Of a stretch of DNA of 41,368 nt, positions 34,614 to 41,368 are shown one piece after another (the stretch's first letter is position 1; the number at the start of each line of letters is the position of its first letter). Under the pieces are notes generated by a model, which was not told the origin of the DNA, searched no databases, and was given only the letters and a program-made list of their open reading frames with translations. A program made the translations under genes and the position numbers. Source of the stretch: Abditibacteriaceae bacterium (GTDB taxonomy: Bacteria > Armatimonadota > Abditibacteriia > Abditibacteriales > Abditibacteriaceae); assembly GCA_031425655.1 (NCBI GenBank), contig JANPJS010000037.1:1-41368 (forward strand). The letters are read 5' to 3'.

Positions 34614-36518
34614 TTAAGGCTTGATTTCACCGTTCTCAACCTTGATGTTATTGGCCTTGAGCAGCGCCTTTGCCTCTTCGATTCGCCGCTTCCGGTCATC
34701 GGCCTGCAAGGCCAAGATCAGCTCTCTGTGTTCTGCGGCATCAAGGAGATCGGGCGTCCTGGTTTTCTTGCCGGTGTAGATTTCATATATCTCGGCGAGC
34801 GTCCATGTGTCATTGCGCTGCGTGTCGAAGGGCAGGCCTGTGTTGTCGGTGGATTTTAGGTTCTCCAGGGGGTTTCTGGCCCAGGCGTAGCGGAAAAAGA
34901 GCGGTTCCGTCACCAAGGGACTGCTGAGCACGATTGTGGTGCGCTCCCAATTCGGGGCGCTGTTGCCAGCATTTTTGTCGAGCCACTGCGCCCTGGCCGG
35001 TTGGAACCGCCCGTCTTTTCCGGCAATGGCGAAACCTTGAATTGGGCCATCGTTGAACGGGCCTGCCCATGTGTCGAGCTGCAAGATGATTTTTCCGTCG
35101 CCGGTTTTCACTTCCTTAAGCTGTGGAGGAAGCCAGCGAACCGGCTTGGCATATTGCGTTGCCAGGGCCCAGGCAGCGATGCGTTCGCCCACAGGAACCT
35201 TGATTTGCGGATGATACCAGGCGCGGTGCTGATCGAAACTACTGGCGTAGCCGATGGTTTTGTCGCCCGCCTTGCGCAGGTTAAAGAACGTCTGCAAGTG
35301 CGCTTCGCGGACGTAGATTCCTTCATCCGCCATTTTCGGCAGAAAGTTGTCGAGGGTCTGCGGTTCGCCTTCGGTCTCCTGAGTAAGGATCCCGAACGGC
35401 ATGGTCGGATCATTGAAGGCTCCGCGCCACGCCTTGATCATTTCAGGAAAAACCCGCGCATACAATTTGTGGCCATTGGGCTGGGCGGACTCGTTGTAGC
35501 CCTGATGCCAGATGGCGCCCTTGATTGAAAGTCCGGCCACGGGCGCGAGCATGGACGCGAACATATTGCCGGGCCGGTTCATATCCAGCGCCGGGCCGAG
35601 TTGCATATCGGTCGGCACTGTGCGGTCAGCCGGAATAGGTTTGCCATCGGCCTTCATGCGGGCGGCCCAGTCGTTGAATTGCTTGACCCGATTTTCGAGG
35701 TCTTTCTGGGGACTATACTCGGCGACTTTTTTGTCCCATTCGGCGAGCGTGCCTTTGACCTCTGATGTGTCAAGGGTCTTTAAAACTTCCGTGGGTGTCC
35801 AGCTTACCAAGCTTGTCCCGCCACGCGACACGTCCACAACCCCGATTGGAATTTGCGTCGCCATGTGAAGGCGTCGCGCAAAGACATAGCCGATGCCCGA
35901 CATTTCGCCCACCGTTTCTGGCGAGCAGACATCCCAGTAACCCTGCCGGAAGTGTTGGCCGAAAAATGCGATCCATTGATATTGACGAGGAAACGAGTTC
36001 TTGATCTCTGGGCCGTTTTGCTGCGGCACGCTAAAAAGCCGGATGTCCTTGAAGTTGGCGGAGGCGATTTCGAGAGGGCCGCCTTCGACTTTGTGAATCT
36101 CAAACTCCATATTGCTCTGGCCGCCAAGCAACCAGAGGTCGCCAACAAGAATGTTTTCCAGTTCGATTTTTTTGTCCGCGCCCTGAACCACCATCGTTCG
36201 CGGCTCTGAACTGGCAGGCGGGGCCGGCAGTTCCACTTTCCACGACCTGTCGGCGGCGGCGGTGCCGGATTGCGTTTTTTCGCCAAAGGTGACCGTGACC
36301 TTCTCCCCCGGCGCAGCCCAACCCCAAACTCGGATCGGCTTGTCGCGCTGAATAACCATGTTCGACTGGAACAAATTGTGAACACACAAGCCACTACCGA
36401 TGGCGGGAGTGTCAATGCGGTCTTTGCCGCGCTCCAGTTTTTCCGCTGCATGAAGGGTGGCGGTGAGGCTGCAAGTCAGCAGGCTAAAGGCGAGGAGTTT
36501 CACGAGGATTGATTTCAT
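34614..36518 (-). CDS. Sialate O-acetylesterase family (SGNH) protein
   Basis: FQSNMVIQRD, VGDLWLLGGQSNMEF, GAIWHQG, HPQIKVPVGER, GFAIAG, RYAW. Confidence 0.92.
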   Translation of the reverse strand: MKSILVKLLAFSLLTCSLTATLHAAEKLERGKDRIDTPAIGSGLCVHNLFQSNMVIQRDKPIRVWGWAAPGEKVTVTFGEKTQSGTAAADRSWKVELPAPPASSEPRTMVVQGADKKIELENILVGDLWLLGGQSNMEFEIHKVEGGPLEIASANFKDIRLFSVPQQNGPEIKNSFPRQYQWIAFFGQHFRQGYWDVCSPETVGEMSGIGYVFARRLHMATQIPIGVVDVSRGGTSLVSWTPTEVLKTLDTSEVKGTLAEWDKKVAEYSPQKDLENRVKQFNDWAARMKADGKPIPADRTVPTDMQLGPALDMNRPGNMFASMLAPVAGLSIKGAIWHQGYNESAQPNGHKLYARVFPEMIKAWRGAFNDPTMPFGILTQETEGEPQTLDNFLPKMADEGIYVREAHLQTFFNLRKAGDKTIGYASSFDQHRAWYHPQIKVPVGERIAAWALATQYAKPVRWLPPQLKEVKTGDGKIILQLDTWAGPFNDGPIQGFAIAGKDGRFQPARAQWLDKNAGNSAPNWERTTIVLSSPLVTEPLFFRYAWARNPLENLKSTDNTGLPFDTQRNDTWTLAEIYEIYTGKKTRTPDLLDAAEHRELILALQADDRKRRIEEAKALLKANNIKVENGEIKP

Positions 36519-37846
36519 TGTGCACCGGGCGATTTCTTTGAGCGAATGAGTGGTGAGGTGGCTTCGGAGAGAATCTCAGCAATCTTTTGTGCTTCTCTCG
36601 CGCTGAGAGCTTTTGTGTTGGGGTCCACGCCGATGTTTGCGACAACGACTGAAGACCGGGCGGAGGTCATCACGTGTTTGTCGGGCAGCGCGAGCACGAT
36701 TTTAACCGTGGGATTCTTGGCGCGCAGCGAGGCGATGACCGCGTTGACGTTTTGGGCGTTGTCTTCGGCTCCGAGTTGGAGCACGGCGATATCGGGGGTG
36801 TTTTTTTCCAGGAGGCGGGGCATGTTTTTCGCGAACCAGGCGAAATTCTTTCCCGAATGGCCTTCGTGATCAGGGTCAAACTGGTAGCTGTCGGCCTCGG
36901 TCGTGTCGTCATTGTGTTTGTTTCGGCTGCCAACAAAATCTATGAGGTGGCCTTTCTTGCGCAGCATGCCATCCACATGGCATCGGTAGGAACGGACGGA
37001 ATCGGTGCCCTCGGTCGCCGAGCCGCCGACAAACATGATTTTCACCGGGGTGAGCGGTGGGGCTTTCCTGAACTCGTCAAGCTTGGCTGCGAGGCCCTGC
37101 GCCCATGTTTGGTATCCCTCCGCGCTCAGGTGGAGGCCGTCGGTGAAAAGTGATTTGTTGATGGTGCCATCGGGCAGGAGAAAGCTGTCTTGCAGGTTGA
37201 TGAAGGCGACTTCATCGGAATTTCTATTGACGGCGGCTTGGATGGCGTTGACTTGCTGGCACTTCTCCCACTTGGTGCGATCGGCGACGGGAAACAGGGC
37301 CATCATAATGAGGCGTGTTTGCGGCAATCTGCGGCGGAACACTTGCGCGATTGCTCTCTGCCCGTCGGCGATGTCCTGCGGCGGGCAGGTGGTGCCCAGT
37401 ACCCACTTTTCTTTGCCACCGGCGCTTGTGGTGACGCCGAAGTTGTTGATTCCGCAAAGTAACACCGCGACTTTGGGCTGCTGGCCTGCGGGGAATTCGA
37501 GATTGCCGCGAGTCACGCGATGCAGCATGACCGGGGTGATGTCGCCGGAGTTGCCCATGTTGATTGGGTTGTAAGGGGCGAACTGTTTTTCCCAGATCGC
37601 TTTGCCGGTGGCGGGGCCAAGCGACCATGACCAGGTGATGGAATCGCCGAAAAAGACCAACTGGCAGTCTTTTGCGGCAGCTACTTCGCGATTGACCCTA
37701 AGAAACTGGCCGTTCCAGTAATCATCACGAACTTCCGGCGGCCGCGTGGTGCTCGGTGAAACGGGTATCGCATCCCAGAAGTTTTCCGCCGCCTGCGCTG
37801 AGATCAGCGGCACCAGCAGCGTGGCGAGTGTAAGAATCGGTTTCAT
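36515..37846 (-). CDS. GDSL/SGNH hydrolase with a second, degenerate SGNH domain
   Basis: First domain FFGDSIT, CGINN, DGLH. The second starts IMFVGGSATEG and has DFVGS...HEGHSG but lacks a terminal DxxH. Confidence 0.88.
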   Translation of the reverse strand: MKPILTLATLLVPLISAQAAENFWDAIPVSPSTTRPPEVRDDYWNGQFLRVNREVAAAKDCQLVFFGDSITWSWSLGPATGKAIWEKQFAPYNPINMGNSGDITPVMLHRVTRGNLEFPAGQQPKVAVLLCGINNFGVTTSAGGKEKWVLGTTCPPQDIADGQRAIAQVFRRRLPQTRLIMMALFPVADRTKWEKCQQVNAIQAAVNRNSDEVAFINLQDSFLLPDGTINKSLFTDGLHLSAEGYQTWAQGLAAKLDEFRKAPPLTPVKIMFVGGSATEGTDSVRSYRCHVDGMLRKKGHLIDFVGSRNKHNDDTTEADSYQFDPDHEGHSGKNFAWFAKNMPRLLEKNTPDIAVLQLGAEDNAQNVNAVIASLRAKNPTVKIVLALPDKHVMTSARSSVVVANIGVDPNTKALSAREAQKIAEILSEATSPLIRSKKSPGAQ

Positions 37847-39420
37847 GGTTTGGAAGCAGCACCCGGCCTAAAAATCAGCCCGTCCACGAACTCGTTGGTT
37901 TTGAAAAACGCCGCATCGCGCACCGGCTTTCCGGCGACGGTGAGGTTTTCAAAAATCAGGTTGCGAATGCGAGCGTCGGCGCTTCCCCACAGCAGTTGCG
38001 GCTCGCCTAAAACGCTGGGCGCGGCGATGGAAATGTTCTGAAAAAGAATGCCCGACAGGTCGCCGGCTTTGCGCGCTTCGGCGTTTTTGGAATAGGGCGG
38101 CGGCATGGTCATGCAAACGAAGAACTGCTGCAACGTCGGGCGGGGGTCTTCGATGTTAATGTTGCGAAATATCACCCCGGCGCCGCCTGCGCCGCCGCCT
38201 TCGCCGCGCATGTTAAACACCCGTCCGCCGCTCCAGTGGTGCCATTTGGCGCGCGCATAAATCACATCGCAATCTTCCACCACCAGTGGGCGGTCGGCGC
38301 GCTGCGACACGCTGCTCAGCACAAAAGACGAGCCGTTGGCGTAGTTCCACAGCACGCAGCGGCGAATGCCGAGGCCGTTTACATACAGCGAATCATCTTG
38401 CGTGCGGATGAAGCAGTCCTCGATCAGCGTGTTGCCAAACGGATTGATGCCGTCGCCGTTCGCGCGCCATGTAAAGATTTTCGTCCACTTCACTTCGTTG
38501 GGATGCCCCGCTTTGTAAGGACTCACCAGCATGAGCTAGTGGTTGGCCGAGTCGGCGATGGTGATGCCTTCCACGCGCGTGTCGGTGGTGCCGACCAGCT
38601 CAATCGGGCGGTAGCGTCCGTGTTCCTTTGCCGGCGGCTCTTCATACTCCGGGTGCTTGGTGCGCGCCCCCGACAGTGTGCCGAGGCCGAAGATGCGGAT
38701 GTGATGGCCGTCGGCCCACTTCGTGTTGGAAAGCGTGCCGTAAACCATGGCATCGCCGGGAATGTAATATTGGCGGTTCGCGCGCAGCGGAAATGCCAGC
38801 CCCACATCATGAACACCCGGCAGAAAATAAAGCGTCGTCCACGGCCCGTCCGAGGGCGGTGTTTCGCCGGGTTTCACCGTCAACACGCCGGGCGCATCGG
38901 GCCTGGGTTTGCCGGCCAAAGGCGGGTTGACAAAAATCGAAATGGTGTGAATCGGCGGGCCTTTGTAGCCTTTGCCGGTGTCCTGCCCATCCATCTGGCC
39001 GTCAATATCCACGGCTACGAGACATGGCTTGTCCAGCCGCACAAACGCCTTGCCGCCTTCGACTTTGCACGCGGACGCTTTGCGCTGCGGATGCACCGCA
39101 GCGGTGCGAATCGGCTGGCCGTTGGCGCGGGCGATTTCGATCTCCACGACACCGGCGGTTTCAAAATTGACGTAGGTGTGCGTCCAGCCCGCGAGTGTGT
39201 CAAAGTAGGCGTCCGTCTTCTTTTCGACGGTTTTGCAGGCGGTGATCCAGGCGAAGGCGCTTTGCCACGCGCTGCCGGGCTTGGCCGAGCGCACGCGCAC
39301 TTTGAAATGCTCCGAGGCGGCAAGGCCCGGCACCGGCGGATACACGACCACTTCGTCGGCGGCACGCGCTGCGGGCTGCGATGCCAGGAGCAGCAGAGTC
39401 AGGAAAAAGTGAGGTCTCAT
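37843..39420 (-). pseudogene. Beta-helix glycoside hydrolase-like gene (GH28/GH49-like) interrupted by a single in-frame TAG
   Basis: ORFs 38536-39420 and 37843-38532 are in the same frame: ...IADSANH-TAG-LMLV... Motifs LYFLPGVH, YIPGDAMVYG, G.GTLSG, WRANGDGI, FIRTQDDSLY. Confidence 0.82.
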
Positions 39421-41000
39421 GATTTTGGTTTTTTCGCTATCGGTTTGGACGAAGACGCATTGGCGGGAAATCGGCGGACTTGGACATCGTTCTTCTGTGC
39501 CGTGCCAGGGGTGCTACGCCCGTCGGTGATGAGTTTCGCTAACAACGCTTTCATTTCGGCGACGAGTTCGGGCTTTTCACCGGCGAGGTTCTTCGTTTCG
39601 CCGATGTCGTCGGCGAGATTGTAAAGCCCCGGTTTTATTCCGGGGATGAACTTCCAGTCGCCCCGGCGCACCCCCGGCGTGCCAGCCCCGGCGCAACTGA
39701 CGGCGTGCGGGCGAATCGGCTTGTCAACGCCTTTTAGAAGCGGCAAGAAACTATAGCTGTCTTCACCGGCATTGTCGGGAAGTTTTGCGCCAAAGATGTC
39801 GGCCAGCGTGCGCAAGATGTCGGCTTGATGCACCAATTGACCGCACACGCTGCCGGGTTTCACCACGCCGGGCCAACGGACGATGAACGGAACGCGATGG
39901 CCGCCTTCCCAGACGTCAAACTTATAGCCGCGCAGCGGGCCGCTGGGATAATGCCCCTGCTTTTCGAGGTCAGCCGCGCCGGCGTATGGGGCAAAGCCGT
40001 TGTCGCTGGTGAACAGCACGAGAGTCTCTTCGGCAACACCGTTTTTCTCCAGCGCTTCGAGCACGCGGCCCACCGTCGCGTCGGTTTCCATGATGAGATC
40101 GGCGACGTCCGAGTTAAGGCCACTTTTGCCGCGCCACGGTTCGTTAACCGACAGCGGCGTGTGCGGCGTCGTCAGCGGAAGGTAGAGCAGGAAGCTCTGT
40201 TCCGCCTTGGCCTGGCGAGTGATGAAGTCGCAGGCGCGGTCGCCCAGAGCGGGCAAAATGCCCTCCAGTTTCCAGTCTTTTAGCGCCGGGCCTATCCGGC
40301 TGGCGAGATTGTTTCCTACCAGCTTGCGCGGCAGCAGTTCGCTGGGGAGGCCCTGCGTGCGGTCATTTTCGATGAAACAAAAAGGAGGCCAGTTCGGCAC
40401 ATCGGTGCCGAAATACTCATCGAATCCTCGTGTCGTCGGGCCGTTGGCGATTGATTTGGAAAAGACATCGCGCCATGCCGCCGCGCGCTCATCCGCCAAT
40501 GCCGCTTCGGGCGCTTCGTCGTCACCTGTGGTGAGTCGAAAAAAGTGGCTTTGTGCGGCGGGAATAGGCCAGTCCCAGCCGAGGTGCCATTTGCCAACGG
40601 CAGCGGTGCGGTAGCCCTGTTGTTTGGCAAGCGTGCCGAGGGTCATGCGCTCCGGCGCGATCAGCGGCTCGCCGAAGACGCCAACGATGCCACTCTGCAA
40701 CCGCGTGCGCCAATGATAGCGGCCCGTCAGCAGCGTATAGCGCGACGGCGTGCAGACGCCCGACGACGAATGACCGTCGGTGAACTTCATGCCCTGCGCG
40801 GCGAGCCGGTCAATGTTTGGCGTGGGGACTTTGCCCCGTTGCGCGTTGTAACACTGCACGTCCCCGTAGCCGAGATCGTCGGCCAAGATGATAAGGAGGT
40901 TTGGCTTTTTTGCTGGTGTTTCGGCAGCGTGGAGTGAACCCAGCGGCGCGAGTAGCAGGGCGGGGAAAAGGGCGGCGAGGAGCGTGAGGATGGGTTTCAT
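39417..41000 (-). CDS. Secreted arylsulfatase (formylglycine-dependent, Cys-type)
   Basis: PNLLIILADDLGYGD, CTPSRYTLLTGR, GKWHLG, FTSDNG, WEGGHRVPFIVRWP. The start could be 41024. Confidence 0.95.
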   Translation of the reverse strand: MKPILTLLAALFPALLLAPLGSLHAAETPAKKPNLLIILADDLGYGDVQCYNAQRGKVPTPNIDRLAAQGMKFTDGHSSSGVCTPSRYTLLTGRYHWRTRLQSGIVGVFGEPLIAPERMTLGTLAKQQGYRTAAVGKWHLGWDWPIPAAQSHFFRLTTGDDEAPEAALADERAAAWRDVFSKSIANGPTTRGFDEYFGTDVPNWPPFCFIENDRTQGLPSELLPRKLVGNNLASRIGPALKDWKLEGILPALGDRACDFITRQAKAEQSFLLYLPLTTPHTPLSVNEPWRGKSGLNSDVADLIMETDATVGRVLEALEKNGVAEETLVLFTSDNGFAPYAGAADLEKQGHYPSGPLRGYKFDVWEGGHRVPFIVRWPGVVKPGSVCGQLVHQADILRTLADIFGAKLPDNAGEDSYSFLPLLKGVDKPIRPHAVSCAGAGTPGVRRGDWKFIPGIKPGLYNLADDIGETKNLAGEKPELVAEMKALLAKLITDGRSTPGTAQKNDVQVRRFPANASSSKPIAKKPKS

Positions 41001-41090
41001 GGTGAGTGCGGTCTTTGGTTCCATAATTCCAAGCGATTTTCGAACTTTTCGCAGTTAAAATCAAGGCTCAATCCCGGTGCTTCAGTTAAT

Positions 41091-41223
41091 TGAGGGGTCG
41101 CGGAGTTTTTCACGCTTGATTTGACAAGGAAAATGGCCTTCTCCAAATTCTCGGATTTTCGGATGAGCCAAGAATGCTTGTCATTGCACGAGAGAAACCC
41201 AGAAAAAACTCCGCGACCCCTCA
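41091..41223. mobile_element. MITE-like element, 133 bp with 20-bp perfect terminal inverted repeats
   Basis: TGAGGGGTCGCGGAGTTTTT (41091-41110) and AAAAACTCCGCGACCCCTCA (41204-41223) flank a non-coding interior. Confidence 0.75.
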
Positions 41224-41228
41224 GTTGA

Positions 41229-41368
41229 CTCACCTTACGCGGTCAGGCTGTGATAGAGGCCGCTGCGTGGTTGGATTTGAGTTCGTTGAGTTGTCGAAAG
41301 GCGGTTTGGAGGGCCGCTTGATAAAGTTTGGCTTTGAGTGCGAAGTGATTGAGATGGGTTGCGATGCG
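41229..41368 (-). mobile_element. 3' end of an IS701-family-like transposase with terminal repeat (partial)
   Basis: My translation of 41368-41243 is RIATHLNHFALKAKLYQAALQTAFRQLNELKSNHAAASITA*. From memory, LNHFALK.KLY is an IS701-like C-terminus. GCGTAAGGTGAG follows the stop as the probable element end. Confidence 0.65.

Noticed and set aside
1..41368. tRNA, rRNA or riboswitch genes; firm taxonomic assignment
   Set aside because: I recognised no RNA gene by eye. Gene style suggests PVC-like or Armatimonadota-like bacteria, but there is no marker gene to support a call.

Overview
A GC-rich bacterial accessory region dominated by a large carbohydrate-degradation cluster in two converging arms (+ strand ~1-19.8 kb, - strand ~19.9-41 kb). 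It encodes AraC and LacI regulators, two paralogous alpha/beta-hydrolases, a GH29 alpha-L-fucosidase, two formylglycine-type sulfatases, a sialate O-acetylesterase, a double SGNH hydrolase, a Gfo/Idh/MocA oxidoreductase, a NodB-type deacetylase fused to autotransporter-passenger-like repeats, and several large secreted proteins of unknown activity. A sulfated/acetylated fucose-containing glycan is the inferred substrate. Embedded in the - arm is a type I restriction-modification hsdR...hsdS pair with no hsdM; a REP-associated tyrosine transposase with GGAG-REP arrays lies between the two genes. An IS701-like transposase end and a MITE sit at the right edge. The most striking structure is in the + arm: three genes (AraC, a 982-aa glycosidase-like gene, a 657-aa hydrolase) each have a diverged, largely synonymously substituted copy of their own 3' end stranded 2, 7.8 and 18 kb downstream, in a nested, non-crossing arrangement with no integrase nearby. 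This suggests the locus grew by repeated gene-anchored 3'-replacement insertions. All family calls come from motif recognition by eye; no database searches were run.
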